This document shows positions 27,947 to 42,773 of a stretch of 64,000 bases of DNA, one piece after another. The stretch is from the NCBI RefSeq assembly GCF_009914755.1, contig NC_060929.1; one strand, 5' to 3'. Source of the DNA: the human T2T-CHM13v2.0 reference genome, Homo sapiens. Under the pieces are notes generated by a model. It had not been told where the DNA came from and ran no database searches. It saw nothing but the letters and a program-made list of their open reading frames with translations. A program made the position numbers and the translations under genes. The stretch's first letter is position 1; every line of letters begins with the position of its first letter.

Positions 27947-29989
27947 TTTTTCCCTGACAATTAAGTGTTTCATTTTTCTTTTAATCTTTCCTCATAACTC
28001 AATCCTTCAGTTTTCTGCTCAGTTGTTCTTTACTGACCTATGTGCAATTAGGCAGTATCTTTTTCTGAACTGTATGCATGCCCTAAACAAAGCATTATAT
28101 TCCAGGCATGAACCCTCAAGTCATTTTGCAAGGAACTGTTCTCTGATTTTAGGCACAATAATTGTTAAAATGTAGTTTTTGTAGCATTGAGTTTTCTTTA
28201 TTTTTCACTGACATAATTGCTATTGAAAGTTTCTTTTCTTACCTTCACTTGGAGCTCTTTCAGAGTAACCGCCTTTCGTGTCTTTATCAGTTCCATCAGT
28301 ATCTTGCTACCGCTAACATGTAAGAAACATCTACAGCCAACTTTGAGAAATATTTTCCATATATTTTTTCATGTAATTCTCACAAAATAAAACCCTTATG
28401 GTGCAAATATTATTACTGTGACTTCAACATAGATAAGAGAACAGGGGTCACATATAACGAACTGAGATTTCAGCCTGGGTGTTCTGATTGAAGTGCTTAA
28501 TCTCTCCGTTAATGTTGTCATACATGTTAGATTAAGTTTATTCACACCATCTTTCCTTTACTTTTGGTTAATATTTTTAACTTCTGTGTCTTTTGTTGAT
28601 CTATACCTCAAGACAAAATCTTGGGATTGTAAAGTTCTTATTTTTCTTCAAGGTTTAAGTAAAAATACATGTTCAACTTGGAAATAGATGTTTGTTAGTG
28701 GCCAATTAAGTATCTACTCATCCATTCATGTCTTCCGCCATATTAAGAACATCCAAGTTTACCTTTGGGAATATCAGCCTTCTCCCGCTGTGTAGCAGAG
28801 TCCTGCCTCCAGGTATGGACTCTGACTGATGTTAATCTGTTAATCTAATCTCCGTTGATTGAGGGAGGAGCAGCAATTTAGATTAAAGTCAATCAGGATA
28901 TAAAGATCATCTGACTTCAGTGACTGGCTCAGGTGGGTCTAGACTGTAATTCAGGCATCTATGCGGTGGTGGAAGGGAAAAAAGTCCGTTCTCTGGCTCA
29001 GAACAGTATGATGAACTGATATGCACTCTCACTTTTATATCTAAATTTAAATTTTTTTCTCTTTCACTTGATCGAGAAATTTCTTTCAAATTTCTTCTTT
29101 TGAACGATACCTTCTATGTTTAATTCTGTCCTAGGAATAACTTTTAAAAACTCATTCAAATTAATTTCTCTAATTTCCTAATCTTTTCTTTCTTGAAGTT
29201 CAGTTTACTTGAAAATCTTTTCCTGAAACTCATTTATTAGTGCACTGAGTTATCACAGTTCAAGGTCACCAGTAGCAAAGTTGCCTCTTAAAGTCACATT
29301 GCAAATTAATTAGTTCCTGCCAATAAGCTGTACATATAATATGTCTTTGTCTCCATTCAGACCACAAAAACCATATAATGCTGATGGTGGAAGAAAACCT
29401 AGGGGTCATCTAATCCTACTTAATTATTTTACAGATGGGAAAATTGGGGCCAAAAGAAATTATGTGACCTGCCTAAGGTCACACAGTTAATGGGAGGTGT
29501 CCTGTGATTCCTGGCTCTTTCCATTAAATCATGCCTCCTCATATTCAATGAAGCCTACCAAAATTAAATAAATAAAACCTTGTATTTCAGGAAATGAGTC
29601 CAATATCATAATGTCTGGTACAATCAGTATGCCATAAACCATGGAGGCAACTTAAAAGGGGCACTAAATTGAACTGAATTGATTTTCAACTCTCAATGCA
29701 AATTAATATAATTTTTCTGTGGATAAAATTCTATTTAAATTTTGACGCTCACTGAAAATTAACTTTTAAATAATTTTGGATCATAAAGTTGACTTGATGC
29801 TAGGAAACTATGTTGCAGATGCAATATATTTGCTTTTATAAGACAACAGAAATTTAGATGTAAAATAACACCATTTTTGGTAGACTTTTCTTTACCTGCT
29901 TTAAGATAGTGATAATTAAATACTAAAATATTTTTTCATGTGGTTCCTATGGAGCAGATAGACATTCTTCTTTTGTTCTCCTCATTTGC

Positions 29990-30168
29990 AGCATGGTTTT
30001 ATTAAAAGCTCTCTGATCATCAGAATCAGTCCTGAAGCTTTTTTAAAGTGCAGATTTTCAACTGCATCCCAAATCAGAGCCTCAGAGGGAGAGCTCAGAT
30101 AGGTGTATTGTTTAAAAAGTCCTCTGGTAATTCTGCTAGTTGGTCTAGTTAAGAAGCATAGTGCTCTA
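29990..30168. mobile_element. MER5-like hAT MITE
   Basis: catcagaatca...aaagtgcagatt...aaatcagagcctcagaggg...ctctggtaattctg. Confidence 0.6.
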
Positions 30169-30331
30169 GCATTTTATGAAATATGCATCTGGAAACATTT
30201 TACTGTTAAAAAAGAAAATTCCATCATACAATCATACCCAAATATACTCATTCAGTGGACAATGGATAAGTGGAATATTATCAAGACAGTCACATCTTCT
30301 TCATTGGTAAAAATAAACATGTAAACAAATT

Positions 30332-30498
30332 CCAAATTTCATTGACTCTAAGATACCATTAATTGTAAGACGAACCATTATTTGTGCACCGCTAAGAAAA
30401 GAAGAACGTTGGTAGTTGAGCTGACATGCCATTAATTCTAAGTTGCTTTGTGATTTAAAGTTGATAAAAACATGCATTTTAAAATTGATGGTGTACAG
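30332..30498. mobile_element. MER96B-like hAT MITE
   Basis: Degenerate terminal inverted ends ccaaatttcattgactctaaga / ttttaaaattgatggtgtacag. Confidence 0.5.
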
Positions 30499-33400
30499 TA
30501 AGTTCTACTGTAGTAATTGAAGTTATAGTGGTGCCTGCCTGGTTGAAAGTGAGTAAAAGAGGGAGATCAACCTCCAGGATATGAGGAAAAGGGAAAACCC
30601 GTATTAATGATTCTAGCAAGACATCTCTGTGGGTCTTATAAGCATCAACATCTAAGGCTTTCCTGATAGCTAGATATTCATCCTGCTGAGCTCTGAGTTC
30701 CCATGATGTCTTAGGGAGGAGCTTTGCATAAAACCGATGGCAGGATGGGGCCCTTCATCTACAGGTCTGACTTCGATGCACACCTTCACCTTCCTCCACC
30801 TTCCACACACACATCTCTGAGAGGTCACTGAGAAGCAAAGCACTGAGGGCAAACCATGCTTTTAAAAAGTGATTTTTCATAAGGGTGACATTGGATAGTT
30901 GCTGTGTATCTAGGAGGGAGGATTTAATTTTAATAGGCATCATATTATCATTTCTTGTACCAAAAATGTAGGAGTTGAATTTCCTCTTATGGTACTTGCT
31001 TCTAGTTTGTCTCATTTTTAAAAGCCAAGATTTAAACTGAAAGTTTTTACTTTTAACAATACAGTACTTATTGGAAAAAATGGATAAAACTTGAAGCTAG
31101 ACTTTTCCATTCTCCGTCCTTGATATTCAGTGTGAATAATGATACATTTGGATTTATCTGTCCTTTTCGTTTCATAACTACTCATACTGATTTCATGAAC
31201 ACAATATCCTTTTTATTTATAATCTTAATTTTATATATTTTAAATTCTATTCTGGTTGCTTTGCTAACTTTGTTTACTTTGATATTGTGTATACCGCCTC
31301 CATTTATGCTGTAGGCATTCCTTAAATATATTACAGTTTTGGATTGTGCATTCATGTGTACCACTGACAGTCCTTATTAGATTGCTGGAAGCATCCATTT
31401 GTATAGTTTATTTGGGAGAAAGTAGGAGCTGCTTCTGTAGCTTCCGAAGAAATGCCATGCTGTTTTTAGTGAGAAAGGGGGAGGGGCAAGATATGTCACT
31501 GGGCAGTCACTGTTTTCACGATCATGGGTGTTCCCCCTTCATCTAAGCAACATCAACCATCAGGAGCACTGCCCTTTCTCTTCAACCAGGGTACCCCTTT
31601 TCATTGTTCCTAATTGGTGGCAGACTTCCTGCCTAGGTTTTGTGGTCCAAAGTAGAAACATGAACAGCGCACAGTATGTATTTCTGCTCCTTACTAATGA
31701 CCTCCAAATAATGATCTTATCCAATGCCTAGGCCCCAACTATGCTGGGCTTCCACTGCCTCTGTCTGCGGCCCACCATTAGTGTTTCCTTTCACACATTC
31801 TTACCTACAATTTCTCTGTTCCGTTTCATCCCGTCTGCTTTCCAGTGTTCATGAATTCATCACAAATTTTGGTCTTCTGAGTTTGATGTCTTATTTTCAA
31901 GAGCAGTGACATATGTAGGCATGTTGTACGTGTATTTTAGAGATAATGAAGGATTGACTGTCAATTTGATCTTTTATCACCTCTCTGCTTCATATTTCAG
32001 GGAACTTCGGTTTCTGGGTTCCCTGTCTACTTCTGGGCCACTTTGCAAATAACAGGCACTGGCAAAGATTACAAGATTGGAGAAGGGGAAAAGCCAGATT
32101 ATTTCCCTCCCTCCTCTCTGCTTCTTTTGGCATTTTGAGCAACGGCTTTGTTTCCTCTGTGACATCAGCACCCACTCACTGCCTCCTTTTAGGGTCCCAG
32201 GCGAGGGTTGGGACCATAGCTGGATGGCTCTACCTCCTGAGTTCTATCACCAGAGTGTAGAAATAGTGGCTCTCTGCTGTTTTATATCTTTTATTTCTCT
32301 TTCTCCTGTTTTCCTTCTTTGCATTTCCATCATGTGGTAACCGATGTCCTGTATTAAATTCCTTTTATTAAAAAGGCAGAATGATTTGTTTTCTTGATGA
32401 TCCCTGAATGATACAAAGTAGGAGACCAAAACCTGTTCTCAGTTCATCACCTTGAAATGAAGGCCTAGAAATGTTAATCCATTTTAAAAGCAGAGTTTAA
32501 ATGCTATTTAAAATCATATATAATAGAAAACCATATAAGCACCCGCCAGTTTAAGTCCAGAACTTCCTAGCTAAGTAATTTGTTAGAGTAGTTGGATTAT
32601 TCCAGTCTTTACACAGTTCTCCATTTTCTAGTGTACTTGCAGTAGTGCCTTAGTGACAATGATTATTATTTATCTAATGCTGCCAATTTCCATTCAGATA
32701 TTTGCAACCTGGTATAAATAAAAATCATTTTCAACTTGCACTGTACCCATTTTTCTATTTAAAAAAAATTGGATGTCAACTCTATCCAGGGTTTGGCAGT
32801 TTGTTGTCACTTTATTACTGCCATGTTTAGGATGAGAGACATTGATTCAGCCACCAACAGCCTTTAATCATCCATGTATTTTAATTGCTTTGGCAAGCAC
32901 TTTACCTGTTGTTGCTGCCTGTTCAACCCAAGAAATCAAAATCCTTAAAACTTACTTTTCCAAAGAGAATTCCCTGCCTGTATTCTCGCTGTTTCATGAC
33001 AGGCAAGGAAAAGACAGTTATCAAGGGGCTGCTGTTATGCATGTCGTATTTCTCCAAGGCCCTTTTCCTCTCAAGAATCCATAAGTAGCTCTTCTCTCAA
33101 TTGACTCCTTGCTCTTAACTAAAATTTGAAGTTCAAATCTGCTATTATGTATTACTTTGAATGATTCGAGATTATTCATTACTAGTTCAGCATAATGTTT
33201 TTGTTTAACTAGAGACTTTTTAATGGCCTAACTTCTCTTTTTTTCATGAATATTTACACTGTTGAACTATAAAAGCTTTCAGTCATCCAGGTTATGGTTT
33301 GTTCACAGGTGTTTGCAATTAAAGCAAATATTTTTTCTTTGGATTAACTATCATTTATTGAGTGCCAATTATTATATAATTTCAAATATATAATTTATAT

Positions 33401-36400
33401 ATTGTTGCCTTGTTAGATATGTTATTACCCTTATTTTAAAACCAAACTCAGATTTAACAAATTTATATAGCTAATAAACATAGTCCGGTTTCTTTTCTAC
33501 TAAATTAAACTGTTAGAATCATTGATTTTGTTGATTTGCAACATTTGTAACTGATGATCTGGTGCATTTTTCAAATTTTGTATTGTTGTGACAGGACGTG
33601 ATTTTTGGAATAAGATTAAAATTTCCAGGGTCTCAGGTATTGGCTGCTTTTGTAAAGCAAATATATTTTAAAATGTTCTTTTATATATGAATACATCTTG
33701 TACTATGAAGTAATAAACATTATAATTATACCTGACAGCTAAAAATATTAGTTTGCATCTTCCTTTTCTAAATTTCAGAAACAACTTCAGATTTTGTTAA
33801 GGCTCTGAGAAACCACAGTTTTATAGCCACATAGAAGCTTTTGAAAAATGGTCTATGACAAAACAACTTCCAAACAGTGTCCCTAGTGAGTTTTAAGAGT
33901 TCCATCACTTCTTTGTTAAAACACCGAATCAAAAAACCCTGTTGATTTATTCAATCTAAAAGATTCCATAGGACTAGACTCTTTGAAGATGGCCGAAGAA
34001 CTGCTACCAGGTAAGAAAAAAAAGTTTTTACCTGTCATTCTGGAACTTAAAATAGACTCTTCTCCATTCTGCTCAATCTCACCTGCTAGCAGAGTTTCAC
34101 CCACTGGTCTGACTGAGGTTACATGCTCTGTCTCACGTATTTGTGCTGATGGAAAACGTTTTACTTCTGGGAGTTAAAACAAGACTCCATGGCATATCAA
34201 TGCCAATATTATTAAGATTCTCTACACAGGAAACAGACGATGTGCATCGTTTTCTATATTGATTTATTTTCCCCCACTTTCCATCTGGAACTACCATTTT
34301 CAAGCAATCACCACAAATATGTGGAGGGCCAATTTAGCAGCCTGTGTAAGTACTTACGCTTTGGAAAACTCTTTTTTATTTTTTATTTTGGATTCCACAG
34401 GGACAGCCAATGTGGGCACATTTAGCATCAGCTTTTAGTCCCAGTTCACTCCTTCCTGCCTGAGTTTCTAAGCCACATATGCTTTCATCATTCCAGCCCA
34501 CTGACTCATTGAAAAAATAAATACTGAGGTGATAATTAATTAGAAAGGCTGCATTTCCCTTTCCTACAACAAGTTAAGTGTTTCTTCCTGCCAGCATTCG
34601 GCTTTCAGGAAAGGAGGTGTGTAATGTCCTTATGTTTGGGTTTACATTGGTTCATTTTTCATCAGATTCTCCAAGCTTTGATACCTGTGGCTTAATATTC
34701 ATAACATTTTGCTTGGATTTTTAACTTTATTCAAAACCCATATAACTTCCACAACCAGTTGAGACAAACCAGATGAAAGATTCCAACCACATCCACTCAC
34801 CACACCAATTTGTTGCTGTTTCCTTAGGTTTCTGGTCCCCCATCTGTGTGGCTTGGTTCGTGTGAGGCCAGATGCAGAAATGGGTGGGAAATTATTACCT
34901 AACTAAAGGAGTGTTAATCATTTCCACTTAATAGAGGGAGAGTTTTTATTGCTACTTTACTGATGGACTCTTTCCCCAAGGCAAGAAACAATAACAAAAT
35001 CCCTCCTACCTGCCTGTCTCAAAGGAATTCTAATCTGTCTGGGAAATAACCAGCACCAAGGGATGTTTATTGAATGCCCTCAGGCAGGTGGTACTCCTTT
35101 GGATGTCCTAGGAATTGTAGAACAGTTTAAACAAGCATTGGTTAAGCCAGGTGAAAAGAATAAGCACTAAACTTGGACTCAAAGGTTCCAGGTTCCAGTC
35201 CTGGCCTGTATTTATCAGCTGTGACCTTGGAACTCTCAAGAACTGTCACTATTTATCGAACAACTCAAATTTGCCGAGCATTTTACATTCATTACTAAAA
35301 ATGTCAGAAACCCTACAATAATTACTGAGCCCCATTTTGCAGATTAAAACAGAGTAAGGCACAAAGAGTTTCAATGACCTGTTCAAGTCCAAACAGCAAT
35401 TTGCTGAGCCAGGAACTAGCTCTGGGTTTTATTTTTCTGACTCCAAAGGCTACTACTTTTCACGATACTATGACAAATAATTTTCCTTTTCTGAGTTTTA
35501 GTTTTGATTTACTTTAATCTAACAAAATACAGTGATTGGGCTAAACCTTAAAAATGCCTTTGAACTTGGATACCATATGATTCTATAATTGAGCCTAAGC
35601 CTTAGACCTGGGGAGATTACAGTTTGGTTCAGTTCAGCCCGAACAATACACATATTTATAAAGTAAAGCTGGGCAGCAGCGCTGGGTAGGAAGGAGGTGG
35701 AGGTGGTATGAGATTAAGGGTCTGGTATTAATCTGGAAAAGCTTCCGGCCTAAAGGGTTTTCATCTGGTACAGGCAGGAAGAGGCACAATGTCAGGTGGC
35801 AGATGGGAGGAGGTCGGCTCAAGCCTCAGAGGAACTGGGGGCAAACACTGCTGCAGATGATTCAAAGTGAGAGACCATTAGCAGGTCTGACTGACCGAAT
35901 AACAGACTCTCGGGATCAAGGCGCTCGTGCTGTGGAAAACGAAAATGGGCCCCTCACTCAGTATTCTTCCCTCCATGGGAATTCAATAAACATTATTGAC
36001 TGACTGACAGGTGAACTGAACTGCAGAATTGCTTTGAAGCCCACAGCTACAAGCTATAATTGAGAAACTGTCAAGAGATTCAAATTCATGGAAAACCATG
36101 AAAGAATAATGTTTGCATGTTTCAGAGCTTGCCAAAATATAAAGTTTCCTTTCTGCTGTTAATTTCCTCCCCCTTCTAATTCATTTTTTTAAACTTTTCC
36201 ATCAAGAAGAATTCTATTTTGTAACTATACATAGTTAAGATTTAGCATTTTTCTTTTCAGAATCTTCAAAATGTTAGCAAATGTTGACAATATAACTTTT
36301 CTAGTATCCTAGGAGGAAAAGGGGCACTGGTTGTAGATACTTCTCTAGTTTTTCCTAAGGTAAAACACTATTAAGAAAGGAATTCTAACAGCCATTGGAT

Positions 36401-38931
36401 CACAAGCTACAAAGTAGCTCATTAAAAAATGCAGGCTGGGAAACTATAGCAGAACTCTTTATTATGAGTTCTAATTGTTTTTGTTTTTTTTTCTGTAACG
36501 TGGTATTAATCAATTGCTCCTAAGTGTGGCTTAGGAGATGCAATCTTTGAACCTATAAAAACAATCATATCTACTATGTGCCAAGCACCTTTTGCTAGAA
36601 ACTTTTTGTGTATTATCCTTAAATCTCCAAGCAATTCTCTAACGTAGAGGAAATTTCAGGACAGAGTGGTTCAATAACACCCAAAGCGGCAAAGCCAGGG
36701 TTGCAACTCTGGTCTGTTTGACCCCAGATTTTTTGCTGCTTCCATGCTGCACCTTATAAAACATAACTTTAGACTGACAAGTACCTGTGCTTGCCCTCTA
36801 ACAAAAGTCATTGACATACATATTTAATAATTATTTCAGAATATCTTTAGACCTTTACAGAATCACTTGAAATATGCCATAAAGCACAGCCACTCCAAAA
36901 TATTTCTCTTACCTTGACAGGAAGGAAATTTTCAATTTTGAAGTTAATGGGTCCACCCAGACCCCATCAAAAACTGGGATAGTTGTGAAGAAATGTTTAC
37001 CAGAAATCTAAAACTGTTGTTTAAATAAGGGCAAAACCTGGGGTCAGGCAAATTTGCGATGAGTGGGATCCTGCCGCATTTATTAACTGTCACCTTGGAA
37101 GATGGAAGATTTTGCCCTTAGTGGGGTGATAGCTAGATTTGGTAAGATTAGTTTCCTGCAGAAATGGGGTATGGAGTTAGATTTCAGGAAAGAAGACATC
37201 AGAACAGAACAAATAAATGGCTGGAATGAAAAATATCAAGTGTCCTCCATGGATTGGTGTCCATCCCCCCCAAAAAAATCTTTTACCTTTCCCACTATTA
37301 AATGACAAGGGGGAGCTAAATGACTGTCAACTAAATAACATTCCTGTTCTGAGTTTCTCTGAATGTATTTTGCTGAAAAAGGAAAGTACGAGGGCCTGTG
37401 GCTTAAAAAAATTAAAAAAATTTTTTAAAGTGGCTACAAAACCCAAATTTCTCCAGAGAAAAAAGAGAAGTTACACAGCAAAGCACAGCTTGAGATTTTA
37501 GCCTAAAGCATCAATAGAACTATGGGTGCATATCCACAGACTCCTCTAAATCAGAGCCTTCCATGTTGTGCATGTGACATAGTCTGTATATTAACCTCTT
37601 TGGTACCTATTACAACTCCCTTTCCTCCTGCTTGCTTTGTCTTCAGATCTGAAAAGCATCTTGCATTGAAGCTAAGAATGGGCTTGTGATCTTGTGGTCA
37701 GTTCTCTCCAACAAGCTATAGGCAGAATTCTAGTGAAGACTTGCCTTCACATAAAAGAAGAAATCTTCCTTTTCTCCTTCCTGATGATTCCTGCCAGGAA
37801 TTCAGATGCAACGCCACTTTGGCAGCATAATCTTGTGACCATGATTAGGAAAACCTCTCAGCGGGGATAGAAGAGTAAGAAAATAAGGCTTCCTTGATGA
37901 CATTTGCTCCCAGCCTTTTTCCAGATTGTTGCATAAGAAAAGTAAACTCCCTACTGGTTTTAGACATTGCTTATTGTGTTTTCTGTTACAACCAAAAGCA
38001 ATCCTAACAAATATGTGCATTTCTGAGATGCTTAATCCTATGTGCCCTATAGTCTTACAAACTTGCTTTGCTGTTCTCACACAGATCAATAATTACGATT
38101 ATTACAATGTGCCTTACAAATGTGGCACAGTGTGTAGATAATAAACTGCTCTAGGTGAATTCCATTTATTCTAAATGTAAGAAATGACATGGATCACTAT
38201 TAAAATCAAATCCATCTGCATGTAAACATCTATGCCTATGTGAACACAAATGTGTACCTATAGTTGGCCCATGAGCTCACAGCTACACCCCACACTGAGA
38301 TTTTTGCAATTCAAAACAAATGTGCGAACTAAAAAATATTTCTTGATAAATGCCAGCAACCTGACCATTCCCACAGGTACTCAAAAAGCCTCAGGTACAA
38401 TACTGCCATAGAAGGGCGGGGTGTTTGAAGACATCAACTAGGGTAGCCTCAGTTGGCAGATAGGATTTGGGTCAATAACCACTCCAAAAATAATCACTAC
38501 AAAAGCAGTCAAAAGGCTTCTTATTCTTTATATCAGATGGGTTATTTTTGTATTTGTGCACTTACTCTTGCCACAAAATCAGACTCAAAGACTGTGAAAA
38601 TATAAAATGGATGGAGTGGAATTGAAGCCAGTACATAAAGAAGGTTGCTCTCCATGTTCTCCTGATTTCCTCATAGAATGTGGCTGACTTTCTGTTTTCT
38701 TAGCTTTGTCTGCTACTTACCTTCCCCATGGCAAAGACTGAGTTCTTTGTTCAAAGTAAAAAAACAGTCATTGTTTTATTTATTTCATGTCTTCATGTTT
38801 AATACATTGTCTTCTTTCTGTGGCACCAGTAGTAAGCTTTAATGTTCTTTTTTGTAAATGCTTGAATGAAAATATACATTAAACAAAGACAAAACATTTA
38901 AATTTCTTAACACGTACATGGCCTCTTTTTT

Positions 38932-39028
38932 AGTCTTTTCCTGTACAATTCTTCCTTTTTCTTGCTTTATTTAAACATATTGTTTTTAAATAAAGCAAGA
39001 AAAAGGAAGAATTGTATAGGAAAAGACT
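38932..39028. repeat. Near-perfect inverted repeat: 44-bp arms, 9-nt loop
   Basis: 38932-38975 is the reverse complement of 38985-39028 at 43/44 positions. Confidence 0.95.
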
Positions 39029-41429
39029 CACAAAGATTTTTTTTCAAATTCTGAAATTTAATTAGAAAACCTCACCCATTATACAGCAATTGGATATCAT
39101 TTTAGAGCCATTCTTTTCCCCAGGGGGTTGGTAGTATACATGGGAGACTGAAATCTTCTGGCACATCAATCACCTAACACTTTCAGCCTTTCCTTTCAGG
39201 GTAGAACAGGCCCATATGAATATTTAACTACAGCTTTATTAAGGAAACTAGTGATAAATATAAGTTTGATATTAATCTAGGAAGGTAACTATGTACCTTG
39301 ACCTATTAGCTCGCTCTTCTGAAAATTCTTAACATATATTGCCTTCATGTTTTAACTGCATCTTAACGAACAGACTGGCCTAGTCATTGTAATGGAGTAA
39401 AGACCACATTCTCAAAAATAACTGCTATAAATATCTGATATCTGAATAATTATTCATCTCCCTCAGTAGCATTACATTTTATTACAAAGTAAAAACCAAG
39501 CCTTCATTTTATGGTACTGGATTAGTTATCACACAATCAAGCCCAAGAGATACGATCTTCCTGCTATAAGCTTCAGAAATAAAAATTATGTCTTCACATC
39601 ACCACACATAAAATATATTAATTCCATCAATGGGACCTAAGTCCTGTTTGGTAATCTACCTTACCATTAAAAAACGTTTTTAAGTATTTTCACCAGAATT
39701 CTTTTCAGAGGATTCTTTTTTCATTCTAAAGAATTTTCAGAAATTCTTTAGAAAAAAATTCATGAACATTTGGGGCTGGTTGAAGGTGCAAATAAGATAT
39801 TCTTCATAGTGTTCTACAAAACAAAGTGGAAGAATTTCCTGGTTATATCAGAAAGGTATGGAAAAGAGTGGAAAATGAGACACGGAGTAAGATGGGTGAA
39901 ACTCTACAGAAAGACAACATTTCCCAAATATCTTCAATAAAGTTACAGGATCCTGATCTACTGTAGTTTGTGTGGATTAATTAATATATTCGTTTACTTA
40001 TTCACTGACTTATTAAAATGGTGACAAGGAGAGCAGGTTGGACCCAGGGCTTTAGCAGGGAGGTGCAAGAAGTAGAAAAAAGGGAAGGAAATTTCAAATT
40101 TTAGGAGCTGTTTTACTAATACTTCACAGGGAAAAAAGCCACAAAGGAGTATGAGCTTCATAGGGTTTTTCCAGATCTTTCCAAGCACAACCCAGTGAGA
40201 TTCTAAGCACAATCATCTCATATATGGAAAAATATTTGCTGAAGAATAATACCACTGCTATGTGCCCTAGATGAAAATTTTTATACTAACCTTTCTTAGT
40301 GAATATTTTTATATCATAAAGACTTAACTGCTTATGCCTATAATTCTGAATATTCTCCAGTTAGATCATACTGAGTTGGTTATGAATAAATAGAGGTATT
40401 CCACCAGGTGTCCTTTAATGCAGCTGGAATAGGTTTCAAATAATGTTTAAAATTTGTCAGGAATTATATATTTTCAAAGCATGAAGATAAAGTGAATTAT
40501 AAATTCTCTTTGTGCTGTTACTATGCAGCAGTCCCACTTTAGCTGATAAATACTAAGTACTTGCCATCCTTTTTGATTCATGGGAAATTAGTTTGAATTA
40601 TGCATGTTATTCAAGGTAATCAGGGATGCTTCTTAGGCAAAGACTGTGATCATCCTGCTATTACAGAAATTGGGAAAAGCATCAGAGAGTAGCTAGAATG
40701 ATATATGGAACTTGAATGACAGGACTGTGACAGCAGAAATGGGAAGATGTCATTTCCAAAAGACAGAAGACATGGAGACAAGAAAACAGGGTGTGTTTGG
40801 GAAGGAGCCTACGGTCTCAGTCATCTGGAGGGTGATGTACGGAGTCAGCATTAGGAGCCAGTTTTTGGCACTAGTGTTGATGTTCTCATGATGGAACAGT
40901 GGTCAGGCGTCTTCAGTGAGTTTTTCATGCATTGGGCGTTGACAAGTGAAAGCCAGAAAGGAATAAGTTGGATGATGCCAAGTGTTGACTACAGCTGGCA
41001 AATGGGAGTGATGGAGACCAAAATTATTAATGTATGACTGTTGCCGTCTTCCCCATCTGCACATCTACTCAAGAGGAATAGGACTTTTCTATACCATTTC
41101 TTCCTTTTCTCTACTTGCCTAGGAGAGCCCTGCCTTGTCAGTTCCATTCTTTTGGCTCTCACAATCAAGAATGAAAAATAGATTTTAAAAAGTACATAAT
41201 CAGAGAGGCAGAAAAAGGCCTGTGCCACCGTTATTGGAATGCAACAATCTTCAGAAAAACCCAATACACAAGTTGAAAACAACTTTCCTTTAAAAAAAAG
41301 ATCCACACAAAGTTAGATAATCAGAACCAGAAGTTTAAGGGATATTCTCTGCAGGGGGTAGCTCAGCACCATTATAATTTGGACATAAATATAATTTATA
41401 TTCATTGGTTAGTGTGGTCAGGGGCTATT

Positions 41430-41930
41430 ATGGTAGGCATAAATGAAAGGCTAGGGAGATTTTACTTAATTAGACAGGGACTTGGGAGCCATCGAGGGCT
41501 GCTGAACAAGGGGCCGATGTGATTAGTATTTTTAGGAAGAATATTCTAACAATTTATCCATTTAAGTGAAAGAAAAAAAATACAAGTGAAATCAGATAGG
41601 AGACTTTGAACTATGCCTGGTGAAAGGTACTGAGGAACTGTAATAAAACGGGAGACTGAGAATAGAAAAGAGAAAATGGCAAGGTATTTGGAAAGTAAAA
41701 TTAACAGAACCATTGTAAGAGGCAAAGGAAAAGAAAGAGTTGACATTTGGTGCTTGAGGTCTCAGGAGCTGAAGGAATGAGAGTGCCATTAACATATGTA
41801 AGGATGCCAGGAGAAAAAGCTGACTTCAGGTTAGAAATAATCAGCTCAACTTTACCAAAGTTGTTTTTGATGTACAGGAAGAAATCTGAGTGAGGGTGAC
41901 CAGTGAATAACTGGAAATGCAAGTATGAGA
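41430..41930 (-). mobile_element. L2 fragment
   Basis: gggagccatcgagggctgctgaacaaggg...tatttttaggaagaatattct... is typical antisense L2. Boundaries approximate. Confidence 0.65.
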
Positions 41931-42473
41931 GGAAAGGTGTGTGTGGTGCTCACTTTTCACCACCATATGTATCTCCGAAGCTCAGCATATATTAGATGAG
42001 CAATGCACACTGTGTGCATATATACACATATGCATACACATGAATGCAGAATGAACACAGGGCTGTCCAATACTCTATTAGAGTTTTTATGATATACTAT
42101 TGCTGTTTCCTCATGCTTGATTCTCTTTATAGATTCTGAGTTTTACATATACATCTTATGTCTTCATTATCAAGTGCCTGGTAGGCATTAAATCCTCAAT
42201 ACATGTTTGTTGAATTAATAAGTTAGTAGATCCTCTTTTAGTTTATATACAGCCCAATTCACAACTCTCAACTCCCTTTTTTAAATTAAAATAAGATAGA
42301 TTTGCTAAATGCCATATTAATAAATAGCTAAATGTACATATCTATAAAACTTATTTTAAACAAAGAGTAACATCATGGGTTTGTCCCATTGCTTTGGGAA
42401 TATAATTTCAGGTATTTTAACATTTGGTAATTCTGTTTGGGCTAACGGCTTCCTTAAAGTTGTCAGAAATTGA

Positions 42474-42773
<300 letters not shown>

